From positions 4,022 to 68,021 of the forward strand of contig JANPLH010000612.1 of NCBI GenBank assembly GCA_031426435.1: a DNA stretch of 64,000 nucleotides. The letters are read 5' to 3'. Positions 9,433 to 17,686 of this stretch are shown here, one piece after another. The notes under the pieces are model-generated. The model saw only the letters and a program-made list of their open reading frames with translations, was not told the origin of the DNA and did not search any database. Within the stretch, counting starts at the first letter, position 1. Every line of letters begins with the position of its first letter. Position numbers and translations under genes: made by a program. The stretch comes from Saprospiraceae bacterium (GTDB taxonomy: Bacteria > Bacteroidota > Bacteroidia > Chitinophagales > Saprospiraceae).

Positions 9433-10167
9433 TCAAGTTTTGGCCTTTTTTGTAGCGCTTGTTTTATTGACAGCGGCTTTTTTTGGGGTGGCTGTGCTGC
9501 TATTGGTTTCTGGTTTTTTAGCATGGACTACCAAAACAAAGGCAGTATCTTCAAACCCATCTACAATGACTTCGCAGAGATAGGTGGCTGGTTCCAGTGC
9601 AGCAGGCAGCATCACTGAAATGGTGGCTGGCACGACCTGTCCGGGTGGTATCTCAAATTGTTGTGGGTCAAAGGCAAGTCCAATATGGGCAGGTGACCCA
9701 GTATCAGCATGTACGAAACTTGTGGCCTCGAACCTGCCATATTGGGTGCCGGGTCGGCTGCTTTGCATCTGAAGGATGTTGGCGATGGTTTCGCCGGGGT
9801 GGCCTGTCATTGAGATTTGGTGGCGTTCGGCAGGGGGCGGTGGAGGTGGTGGTGGTACCGTTCTTTCCGCTGTTTGTGCAGGTTCCGCACGAGGTGTTGT
9901 TCCTTGTTGCGACAGCAAATTTGCCATACTGTTGGACCACTCAAGACCAAGGTCAATCAAGCGCTCTGTGTACTTGAGGTTCAACTGGAACAAGTCGTTC
10001 ATCCTTTGGGAAAAATTATTCCCATCAGCGCCTTTGGGCTGGTCGGACACGAGGCGTTTCATGGCCGCTGCCGAATCAGTCACCATTTGTTTATTGGCTT
10101 CCACCGACTTCTTGAAAATCCGCTCAACGTCTTTCACCCAGTCGTTTTGGCCATTTGATGTTGCCAT
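9433..10167 (-). CDS. Hypothetical protein: helical N-domain, poly-Pro linker, Ig-like beta-sandwich and Lys-rich tail; operon gene D
   Basis: 244 aa. An eight-proline run is encoded at about 9835-9860. The C-terminal part (HQISMTGHPGET...YLCEVIVDGFEDTAFVLVV) looks like a beta-sandwich. The tail is KKPETNSSTATPKKAAVNKTSATKKAKT. Confidence 0.6.
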   Translation of the reverse strand: MATSNGQNDWVKDVERIFKKSVEANKQMVTDSAAAMKRLVSDQPKGADGNNFSQRMNDLFQLNLKYTERLIDLGLEWSNSMANLLSQQGTTPRAEPAQTAERTVPPPPPPPPAERHQISMTGHPGETIANILQMQSSRPGTQYGRFEATSFVHADTGSPAHIGLAFDPQQFEIPPGQVVPATISVMLPAALEPATYLCEVIVDGFEDTAFVLVVHAKKPETNSSTATPKKAAVNKTSATKKAKT

Positions 10168-10234
10168 GTTTGTTTTTTGTTGAAAGTTGGAGGGGGTGTT
10201 GTTCTACCCCAAAACTCGAAAACCCAGAACTATT

Positions 10235-10897
10235 TCACCCCACCATACCGGGGCGCTGTTCAGGCTTTTGTTCGCAATAAAAATGGTCCTGCCAGCTTTG
10301 CCAATGCAGGAAGTATTCTTTTTCATCGAGTGGGCAGACTTCTGGCCCATTGCCGCAAGCCCTCACGTTCAATTTGAAGCAAACATTCTGGTTGACCTCA
10401 GCCTCCCGGATTACGATATCAGTCGAATAGGTATTGCCCGCTTCAAACCCCTGCATCAGGTTGACGGTCATCAGCACAGCGATGGACTGCCCCGGTTCCA
10501 GTATTACCGTGTCCCTGTTCAATAATGGTTGCATGGGAGCTGTATTTCCGTGCTGGTCAACCAATTGGCGCAACCCAATCCTGTATGTCTTGGTGGCTCC
10601 GCATTTGTTCTTGATGCTGAACGGTACTACGATGACCTCGCCCTCGCAGGCCTCCCGCACGATTTCGGCAAGGCAACGGGGAGGGCAGGTTTTCTTGGGC
10701 GGACAACAGTCACTTTGGTTTGCAGCCCTATAGGTCGGTGCAGCCATTTTGGTGTAAGCATCCCCTGCCATTTTGAGGTTGTTCTGCACCATTTGAGTCA
10801 GAAAGTCGGTGTATGCTCCATAAAATGAGGGGACCCTATTAAGAACGTTGGAAGCATCTCTCCAAAAATTGGCTTGCGGGTTTGTGGTCTCTTCCAT
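10235..10897 (-). CDS. Hypothetical Cys-rich protein: helical N-domain, CCPPKKTCPPRC linker and Ig-like beta-sandwich; operon gene C
   Basis: The ATG at 10897 gives MEETTNPQ...; the track starts at a TTG at 10927. It has 10 Cys and no signal peptide. Confidence 0.6.
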   Translation of the reverse strand: MEETTNPQANFWRDASNVLNRVPSFYGAYTDFLTQMVQNNLKMAGDAYTKMAAPTYRAANQSDCCPPKKTCPPRCLAEIVREACEGEVIVVPFSIKNKCGATKTYRIGLRQLVDQHGNTAPMQPLLNRDTVILEPGQSIAVLMTVNLMQGFEAGNTYSTDIVIREAEVNQNVCFKLNVRACGNGPEVCPLDEKEYFLHWQSWQDHFYCEQKPEQRPGMVG

Positions 10898-10977
10898 GAT
10901 GATATTGTTTTCGGTTTGGGCAGACAAGGTTGGTCAAACATTGGCAAGTCCAACAACTTAAAGCCTGCCCTCCAGTT

Positions 10978-11892
10978 TTAAGATTTTTTCTTTACCACTT
11001 TAACAGGTGGCGGCACATTAGCAGTCGGTGTAGCCGGGCGCACGGGCGCAGCGGGTTTAGGGGTGGATGAGGCTGTTGTAGTTATCGTTGAAGCTGCAGG
11101 TTTTGGCATAGGTGCAGGTTCAGGCACTGCGGGCACTATCTTGTAACTCAGGAGTTGGTCAATAATGCGGATGTCACCCTCGTAGAGCCAAGTTGGTTGA
11201 ATGTCTTTGGGCAGGGTGAAAGCAAGGTGCAACACCAGCGTTTCGCCCGGCTGTACCAACTGACCTGCTTCCCTGACCGTAACCGTAGCCCAACTGGCCA
11301 CGTCGTTTTTCATTCCTCTGATGAAAACATCAAGCGTTTCTTGCATCCCGCTTTCTTTGTCCTTGCGGAGTGCGAATGCAAGGTTTCTACAAATCAAGTC
11401 CATGTCCACGGTAGTGTTGTGCTTGATGGTTGGCACGATGACCGGGATGTTGCCTTTGTTTACCAGCAGCACCTCTTTGTTGCAGGTCTCGCCTGGTTTG
11501 GTACCGAAGAAAACAATTTCACTCGGTACCAATTCAATTTCAAGGGTTTCCTGTACTACTACCGAAATCTCCCGCTTTACACCACCAATCTCCACAGTGG
11601 AGCGGTAGGTGCCCGGTGCTGTGGATGGGTGCATGGATATGGAAAGCGTTTGGCGCCGAACCTCGCCCCCCATCAAAACAGAGTTGATGGTCAGGCCAGC
11701 TTTTGGAATGGCAACCGCAGAACGGGAACTACTCTTCGAGAAAGCCAACTCTTGAAGGAAGACTGGCTCGTTGTGGGAATTCTCCAAAGTGACGTAGCCA
11801 AGCAACGCTTGTGGCGGGCCGCTCAAGAGGATTTCTGCATCCCTGCAACCTATCTTTTCAAGCCCTTCTGCTATGAAATTTTCGGTGGTCAT
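10978..11892 (-). CDS. Hypothetical protein with two Ig/ASH/DUF1573-like beta-sandwich modules and a Pro/Ala/Thr/Lys tail; operon gene B
   Basis: 304 aa with an ATG start. SEIVFFGTKPGETCNKEVLLVNKGNIPVIV resembles ASH/DUF1573 modules. The tail is PAVPEPAPMPKPAASTITTTASSTPKPAAPVRPATPTANVPPPVKVVKKKS. Confidence 0.6.
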   Translation of the reverse strand: MTTENFIAEGLEKIGCRDAEILLSGPPQALLGYVTLENSHNEPVFLQELAFSKSSSRSAVAIPKAGLTINSVLMGGEVRRQTLSISMHPSTAPGTYRSTVEIGGVKREISVVVQETLEIELVPSEIVFFGTKPGETCNKEVLLVNKGNIPVIVPTIKHNTTVDMDLICRNLAFALRKDKESGMQETLDVFIRGMKNDVASWATVTVREAGQLVQPGETLVLHLAFTLPKDIQPTWLYEGDIRIIDQLLSYKIVPAVPEPAPMPKPAASTITTTASSTPKPAAPVRPATPTANVPPPVKVVKKKS

Positions 11893-11951
11893 GTTGCATT
11901 ATGTTATTGTGCCAAGTCAAGGTCGGCATGGTCAGTTAACGAGGTAATGAT

Positions 11952-12542
11952 TCACTTGGGATTGGCTTTTACTCCAACGTTCTGGTTCAAGGTCGGATTG
12001 CCAACGGTTTGGTCGGTAGTTCGTTGCGGAAAAGGCCGGGTATCTGGTTCACAGCAGATTGTCTCGCATTTCTCGTAGGCATTGGGCACGTATGGCTCAG
12101 TGATCACCTGCGATTCTCCGCTGAAGCATAGGGTCAAAACTTCCAGGCCGAGGAACTTGAGACATACTTGGTTGTAGTGCGGTATATGCATCCTTATCTC
12201 CGGCGTCAGCAAATCTTTGATGTCCTGTTTTGACAAATGGGGCAGGTTGAGCAGGTCTATCTGCGAACCAATGGGCATATTGGGGTCTCCCATTATCAAG
12301 GAAGCCACCGGGTTGTTTTTCTCGCCGGTTACGTGGGTGCCTATCGGTTGCGACTTCTCGCCAGTTACGTGGGTACCAATTGGCTGGGCCTTGTCACCAG
12401 TCACATGGGTACCTATCGGTTGCGACTTGTCGCCCCGGACATAAGTATTCACGGTCATTGGCATTGTAAAAATGGTCAAGCCAGTTCCAAAGTTGATGGA
12501 ATGGGTATAACTGGTCGGAATCTTAAGGGAAGGAGCTGCCAT
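11952..12542 (-). CDS. Hypothetical protein with five tandem 12-residue repeats (GDKSQPIGTHVT type) and a Cys-containing C-terminal domain; first gene (A) of the operon
   Basis: 196 aa with ATG at 12542. The repeats were verified codon by codon, and the C-terminus contains CETICCEPD. Confidence 0.6.
   Translation of the reverse strand: MAAPSLKIPTSYTHSINFGTGLTIFTMPMTVNTYVRGDKSQPIGTHVTGDKAQPIGTHVTGEKSQPIGTHVTGEKNNPVASLIMGDPNMPIGSQIDLLNLPHLSKQDIKDLLTPEIRMHIPHYNQVCLKFLGLEVLTLCFSGESQVITEPYVPNAYEKCETICCEPDTRPFPQRTTDQTVGNPTLNQNVGVKANPK
12255..12434 (-). repeat. In-frame 36-nt x 5 tandem repeat inside gene A
   Basis: Units are 12399-12434, 12363-12398 and 12327-12362 (near-identical peptides GDKSQPIGTHVT / GDKAQPIGTHVT / GEKSQPIGTHVT), then 12291-12326 and 12255-12290 (degenerate: GEKNNPVASLIM, GDPNMPIGSQID). 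Confidence 0.9.
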
Positions 12543-12672
12543 TGGGCTGAATGAAGTTTGGTGAATGGTTGGTAATCAGCGCCAATATAAAACATATTTT
12601 GCCAATATTGAAAATGGCGGGGAAAAATATTGAAAAAAACGCTTGCTGCCATAACATGCTCAATATGCAAAA

Positions 12673-13914
12673 TCAATCCAATAAAAATAACCGAAGCAAA
12701 TTCAGCGCATAGTATGCAGAGTATTGGATATTAATGAGGCGGTTCTTCGTCAGTTGCAGTTTCCTGGTGACCGTGTGTTGCCCGTCACCCACCGCAATCC
12801 ACACCGTGCCCACCGGCTTCTCAGGGGTGCCGCCATCAGGCCCGGCGATGCCGCTGGTGGCCACGGCTACGTCGGTGCCGAGCAAACGATTGGCTCCCGC
12901 CACCATCTCCCGAACGGTCTGCTCACTGACTGCACCGTACTGTTCCAGCGTCTCCAGTTTCACACCTAACTGATTCATTTTCACAGCGTTGGCATACGAA
13001 ACTACGCTGCCCATAAAGTACGCCGACGACCCCGGTACGTAGGTGACGAGGTGTGCCAAGTAGCCGCCCGTGCAGCTTTCGGCGGTGGAAAGGGTCTGGT
13101 TTTTTTCCTTCAAAATTCGGCCAATGACAATTTCCAGCGAGTCGTCGCCGTAGCCAGCGATGATTTGCGGGGGTAGCAGCCCCTCCATTTCCCGGAATTT
13201 TTCATCGAGGATTTTCTCAACCAAAACCGGATCGGCATCACTCACGGTGAGGCGCAGGCGTACCCGTGCGATAGCAGGCAAGTAGGCTAATTTCACTTGC
13301 GGCGGCAGGTTTTCTTCAAAATCCTTTAGATGCTCCGCAATGGTAGACTCGCCCTCCCCGGCAGTGAACAAGGTGCGGTGGGCGGTAGGTAGCGCATTGA
13401 ATTTTTCCTTCAACCTTGGCATTACCTCGTGCTGCATCAGGTACTCCATTTCAAAGGGTACGCCAGGCATACTGGCCACTACCTTGCCGACCTCCTCGAA
13501 CCACATACCGGGGGCGGTGCCCATTTTGTTGGTCAAAACGGTGGCATTCTGTGGCATGAGGCACTGGGTGCGCACGGCCTCGGTGATGGGCTTGCCGATG
13601 CGCTCGTAAATCTGGTTAAGCCTGTCCATCGTTGGTTGGTCGAAGACGAAGCCCACGCCATAAAAATCGGCGATGGCCTTCTTGGTCACATCGTCTTTGG
13701 TAGGGCCGAGACCGCCTGTCACCAGCACGATATCGGCCTGCTGGGTAGCCGTTTGCAATGCTCTGATGATGGCCTCGTGGTCATCGCCAACGGCCGTCCT
13801 TCCTATCACTTTTGCGCCGATTTCAAGCAGCATCTGCGCCATTTTGGCCGAGTTGGTGTCAATGATTTGCCCAATGAGCAGCTCGTCGCCAATGGTTAAA
13901 ATATGAACGTTCAT
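12673..13914 (-). CDS. cinA: CinA family protein (competence/damage-inducible; MoCF-binding plus nicotinamide-nucleotide amidase domains)
   Basis: MNVHILTIGDELLIGQIIDTNS... and C-terminal TAESCTGGYLAH...ATSGIAGPDGG. The true ATG is at 13914. The track's longer N-terminus (IPSYLIPPYL) reads through a palindromic repeat. Confidence 0.9.
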   Translation of the reverse strand: MNVHILTIGDELLIGQIIDTNSAKMAQMLLEIGAKVIGRTAVGDDHEAIIRALQTATQQADIVLVTGGLGPTKDDVTKKAIADFYGVGFVFDQPTMDRLNQIYERIGKPITEAVRTQCLMPQNATVLTNKMGTAPGMWFEEVGKVVASMPGVPFEMEYLMQHEVMPRLKEKFNALPTAHRTLFTAGEGESTIAEHLKDFEENLPPQVKLAYLPAIARVRLRLTVSDADPVLVEKILDEKFREMEGLLPPQIIAGYGDDSLEIVIGRILKEKNQTLSTAESCTGGYLAHLVTYVPGSSAYFMGSVVSYANAVKMNQLGVKLETLEQYGAVSEQTVREMVAGANRLLGTDVAVATSGIAGPDGGTPEKPVGTVWIAVGDGQHTVTRKLQLTKNRLINIQYSAYYALNLLRLFLLD

Positions 13915-13916
13915 AA

Positions 13917-14000
13917 GGTATGGAGGTATGAGGTATGAAGGTATGATGGGGCGTTGCCGGAAGGTCTTGCATACCTCCAAACCTCATACCTTCATACCTC
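13917..14000. repeat. Palindromic intergenic element with arms built from the tandem word GGTATGA(R)
   Basis: The left arm is AGGTATGGAGGTATGAGGTATGAAGGTATGATGG and the right arm is TGCATACCTCCAAACCTCATACCTTCATACCTC. It fills the cinA-birA spacer and overlaps the birA stop. Confidence 0.85.
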
Positions 14001-14756
14001 AAAACATATTTCTTTTAGGTCGAAGCACTCAATTCTACTATCTACTTCCATCCTCAGCCGCCCCATTTCGTCAATGCCGGTGATGCTGCCTTGAAATGCC
14101 TCGCCATTGGTGCGCCGGTAATTGGCCAACTGGCCGAAGCGGTAGAGGTGACTAAGATAGTCTTGCTGCAAAGGAACCATTTTCCCAGCTTTTAATTGAA
14201 GATAGCGCCCTTCCAAATGCTCGCAAAGCAGCGGCACGAGGTCGTACAAAGGAAAGTTCTGGCCTGTTTCAAGGCGCATGGAAGTGGGGTTAGGCGGGTT
14301 GGAGACGAAATCAGTTTGGTTAATATTAATTCCAATGCCCGCAACTGTGGAGCGTATTTGAGTGTTGATGAGGGAGTTTTGTATCAAGATGCCCGCTATT
14401 TTGCAGGAGCCAACGTAAATGTCGTTGGGCCACTTGATTGAAACGGGGGCATTGGGCAGGCAGTTTTTCACCAAATCAAAAACGGCCAATGAAATGCATT
14501 GGTTGAGTTGGAACTGGTCTTTTGCCTCGATGAAATCTGGATAGAAAATGGCGCTGAGGCTGATGTTCTTGCCCGGCTCCGACTCCCAGTGGTTGCCAAT
14601 TTGCCCCCTGCCAGCGGTCTGATGGAAGGTCGTTATGACAGTTCCGGCAGGAGGAATGCTTTCAGATAAAAGCATCTGGGCATGGGCGCTGGTAGAAGGC
14701 AGTTCCGGCAGTTCTACCATTGATTGCCCGACAAATAAGGTGTTTGGTCTTCTCAA
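13992..14756 (-). CDS. birA: Biotin--[acetyl-CoA-carboxylase] ligase
   Basis: 254 aa. QTAGRGQIGNHWES (GRGRxG-type biotin-binding loop) and KWPNDIYV motifs. Confidence 0.88.
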   Translation of the reverse strand: MRRPNTLFVGQSMVELPELPSTSAHAQMLLSESIPPAGTVITTFHQTAGRGQIGNHWESEPGKNISLSAIFYPDFIEAKDQFQLNQCISLAVFDLVKNCLPNAPVSIKWPNDIYVGSCKIAGILIQNSLINTQIRSTVAGIGININQTDFVSNPPNPTSMRLETGQNFPLYDLVPLLCEHLEGRYLQLKAGKMVPLQQDYLSHLYRFGQLANYRRTNGEAFQGSITGIDEMGRLRMEVDSRIECFDLKEICFEV

Positions 14757-14907
14757 TCGAAATAAAGTTCGTACATTTATGCTTTGAATTCAGCGGCGGA
14801 ATGCCGCTAAACCATAACAAACACTAACCTGAGTGGCTGGCTTGGGTATTTTTTGCAAATTCCTCGGTCAACAGCAGCCGAAGGTTCAAAAGTAAACAAA
14901 TCCTGAT

Positions 14908-15294
14908 TTGAGCGCACAAGCAGTTTTAAAATCTAACCTCTCCTCCGCCGAGATGCTCAACGACCTTATTGTTGATTGCATTCAGGACATCAAAGGAAAA
15001 AACATCGTTAAACTCGACCTCAGGAAACTGGACGATGCCCCCACGGATTTCTTCATCATCTGCGAAGGGGACTCCAACACGCAGGTCAAGGCCATTTCGG
15101 GCAATATACACAGGCGCCTGAAAGAGGAAATGGATCAAATGCCGCTCCACGTAGAGGGCGTGAAGAATTCCCGTTGGATTTGCATGGACTATTTCAATAC
15201 AGTGGTGCATGTTTTTTACCGGGAAACGAGAGAATTCTACGACATCGAGAACCTTTGGAGCGATGCGAAGTTTACGGAGTACGAGAACTTATAA
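14908..15294 (+). CDS. rsfS: Ribosome silencing factor RsfS (iojap family)
   Basis: 128 aa. KGKNIVKLDLRKL...FFIICEGDSNTQVKAI...WICMDYFNTVVHVF is the family pattern. The start is a TTG at 14908, so the exact start is uncertain. Confidence 0.85.
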   Translation: MSAQAVLKSNLSSAEMLNDLIVDCIQDIKGKNIVKLDLRKLDDAPTDFFIICEGDSNTQVKAISGNIHRRLKEEMDQMPLHVEGVKNSRWICMDYFNTVVHVFYRETREFYDIENLWSDAKFTEYENL

Positions 15295-15475
15295 AATGAT
15301 GAATGATAAATCACTATTCATCGTGAATGCAGAGTATCTCATCGAAAACAAGCACTGAAAAGCAGTATTTTCAAAACAGACCCAGTATTTGCTTGTTTCG
15401 AGGAAAGTGATTTAATAAAATCGAAGCAGGAAGCATAAAACAGTTTTTGCCCTTCCTTCTTTTTCATAATCGTCA

Positions 15476-17485
15476 ATGGAAAACAACCAAGAAAATAAAA
15501 ACGGCACAAAATTCAACCCCTATTGGATATATGGGGTATTGGCCCTTTTCTTCATCGGCCTGAACTTTTTGCCCATCACGAGCAGTACGAGCGAGCCTAT
15601 CAATTTTGAGAAGTTCGCCGATATGGCCAAAGAAGGCGACGTGGAAAAACTAGAGGTCGTAAACGAGAAATACGCCCAGATTTACCTCACCGAGAACGCC
15701 ATCAAAAACAAAAAGGAAAAGTACAAGGACGCCTCCAAAAGCTCCTTTGCCAACAAGCGCCCGCATTACACTTTCGATACTGGCCCTGCGGAAAATTTTG
15801 CCAAAAAGATTGATGCGCTCAATGTTTCCCTACCTGTCGAAAGTCAGGTAAAGGTTTCATATATCGAGAAGCAAAACTGGCTGTCACCTATCATCAGCCT
15901 GTTGCTCCCTTTGGCGCTGTTGGTACTGCTCTGGATTTTCATCATGCGAAGGGTAGGTGGCGGTGCCGGTGGCCCTGGTGCACAGATTTTCAACATCGGC
16001 AAGTCAAAAGCCACGCTGTTTGACCAAAACTCCAAGGTCAATATCAACTTCGGCGACGTGGCCGGCCTCGACGAAGCCAAAGAGGAAGTCATGGAAGTCG
16101 TTGATTTTCTCAAAAATCCGAAAAAATACACCGCCCTCGGCGGCAAGATACCCAAGGGCGTACTCCTCATTGGCCCTCCGGGAACGGGCAAGACGCTCCT
16201 TGCGAAAGCAGTGGCCGGCGAGGCAGCAGTGCCGTTCTTCTCCATTTCTGGTTCCGACTTCGTCGAAATGTTCGTGGGCGTGGGTGCCTCACGGGTACGT
16301 GACCTCTTCCGCCAAGCACGGGAAAAAGCACCTTGCATCGTCTTCATTGACGAGATTGACGCCATCGGTCGTGCACGGGGCCGCAACACCATGCAAGGCG
16401 GCAACGACGAGCGTGAGAATACCCTCAACCAGCTTTTGGTGGAAATGGACGGCTTCCCGACCGACAAGGGCGTTATCCTGATGGCTGCCACTAACCGACC
16501 CGACGTGCTCGATTCGGCGCTGATGCGCCCAGGCCGCTTCGACCGCCAGATTGCCATTGACCGCCCAGACTTGAAGGGGCGTGAAGCCATTTTTGCCGTG
16601 CATTTGAAAAACATCAAGACCTCTGACACGGTCACGCCGATTGCGCTGTCAGAAATGACCCCGGGCTTTGCGGGTGCCGAAATCGCCAACGTTTGCAACG
16701 AGGCAGCACTTATTGCGGCTCGCCGCAACAAAGAAGAGGTGGACATGGACGACTTCAACTACGCCCTTGACCGGGTCATCGGCGGCTTGGAGAAGAAGAA
16801 CAAGCTCATCTCGCCAGAAGAAAAAGAAATCATCGCCTACCATGAGGCTGGCCACGCCGTTTGCGGCTGGTACCTCGAACACGCTTCGCCGCTGGTGAAA
16901 GTGACCATTGTACCAAGGGGCATCGGAACTTTGGGCTACGCCCAATACCTGCCTAAGGACGAGTACATCACCCGCACCGAGGCGCTGCTTGACCGCATGT
17001 GCATGACCTTCGGGGGCCGTGCTGCCGAGGAACTTACCTTTGGGAAGGTATCCACTGGGGCGCAGAACGACCTCGACCAAGTGACCAAGATGTCGTACAG
17101 CATGGTCGCCGTGTTTGGCATGAATGAAAAAGTGGGGCAAGTGTCCTTTTACGGGATGCAAAACGAAAGCTTCGCACGACCTTACTCCGAAGAGACAGCG
17201 GCCATGATTGATGCCGAAGTGCGCAGGATAGTGACTGCCCAGTTCGCCCGTGCCAAGAGCATCTTGATGGACCACCGTGACGCCCTCGAAATACTTGCGA
17301 AGCAACTCCTCGAAAAAGAAGTGCTGCACAAAAATGACGTGGAGAAGCTCATTGGCCCGAGGCCATACGCCTGGCCGGACGAGCACAAGGCTCATCTCAA
17401 TGGCATGTTATCGGTGCCGGCCATTGGCATCGCTACAGTTGCAGATGTACCGTCAAGCGACAACGGCGTTTCAGATGTGATGTGA
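15476..17485 (+). CDS. ftsH: ATP-dependent zinc metalloprotease FtsH
   Basis: 669 aa with two N-terminal TM segments. Walker A GPPGTGKT, Walker [12 protein letters not shown] region, and zinc site HEAGHAV. Confidence 0.97.
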   Translation: MENNQENKNGTKFNPYWIYGVLALFFIGLNFLPITSSTSEPINFEKFADMAKEGDVEKLEVVNEKYAQIYLTENAIKNKKEKYKDASKSSFANKRPHYTFDTGPAENFAKKIDALNVSLPVESQVKVSYIEKQNWLSPIISLLLPLALLVLLWIFIMRRVGGGAGGPGAQIFNIGKSKATLFDQNSKVNINFGDVAGLDEAKEEVMEVVDFLKNPKKYTALGGKIPKGVLLIGPPGTGKTLLAKAVAGEAAVPFFSISGSDFVEMFVGVGASRVRDLFRQAREKAPCIVFIDEIDAIGRARGRNTMQGGNDERENTLNQLLVEMDGFPTDKGVILMAATNRPDVLDSALMRPGRFDRQIAIDRPDLKGREAIFAVHLKNIKTSDTVTPIALSEMTPGFAGAEIANVCNEAALIAARRNKEEVDMDDFNYALDRVIGGLEKKNKLISPEEKEIIAYHEAGHAVCGWYLEHASPLVKVTIVPRGIGTLGYAQYLPKDEYITRTEALLDRMCMTFGGRAAEELTFGKVSTGAQNDLDQVTKMSYSMVAVFGMNEKVGQVSFYGMQNESFARPYSEETAAMIDAEVRRIVTAQFARAKSILMDHRDALEILAKQLLEKEVLHKNDVEKLIGPRPYAWPDEHKAHLNGMLSVPAIGIATVADVPSSDNGVSDVM

Positions 17486-17510
17486 AGTTTTTCGTTGAAT
17501 AAATAAAGGC

Positions 17511-17553
17511 AAACAGGGCCGTTCCAGCAGTTGGGGCGGCCCTGTTTGTTTTC
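17511..17553 (+). terminator. Intrinsic terminator after ftsH
   Basis: AAACAGGGCCG-loop-CGGCCCTGTTT followed by GTTTTC. Confidence 0.7.
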
Positions 17554-17686
17554 AGGAAGCGTTGGTACTACAAAGTTTATCTTGAGCATATGCTTGCCAA
17601 TGCTCAAATTCATGAGTTACTGACAATTTGCGTAAATCCCCAAGTTTTCTACCTTCGAGCCTTTCAATCAAACTGCCCGTTCCAAC

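Noticed and set aside
12069-12233. The C-terminal half of protein A (...IKDLLTPEIRMHIPHYNQVCLKFLGLEVLTLCFSGESQVITEPYVPNAYEK) superficially resembles the GvpA gas-vesicle core (…[44 protein letters not shown]).
   Set aside because: Only a few identities (G-x-E-x-L and a Y..YE-like end) line up, and they need a 4-residue gap. None of the obligatory gas-vesicle partners (GvpN AAA+, GvpF/L, GvpJ/K/M) is in the cluster. I treat it as a coincidence unless a profile-profile search says otherwise.
11952-12542. Protein A as a multi-core RiPP precursor, with the repeated 12-mers acting as core peptides.
   Set aside because: No recognisable RiPP maturase (radical SAM, YcaO, lanthionine synthetase, prolyl oligopeptidase or ABC-protease exporter) is in the operon. 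The repeats are directly contiguous without recognition or cleavage spacers, and a structured domain of about 100 aa follows. A structural repeat is more parsimonious, and this remains testable by mass spectrometry.
15844-16758. Long ORFs antisense to or overlapping confident genes. Examples are 304 aa opposite ftsH, 1791-2639 opposite the TonB receptor, 11155-12078, 35503-36426 opposite aconitase, 40563-41477, 43357-44379, and 44148-44816 and 45321-46022 opposite the GMC gene.
   Set aside because: All lie inside genes with strong family signatures. Their translations are low-complexity (Ala/Arg/Gly/Val/His-rich) with no motifs, which is typical of shadow ORFs in the complementary frame of real genes.
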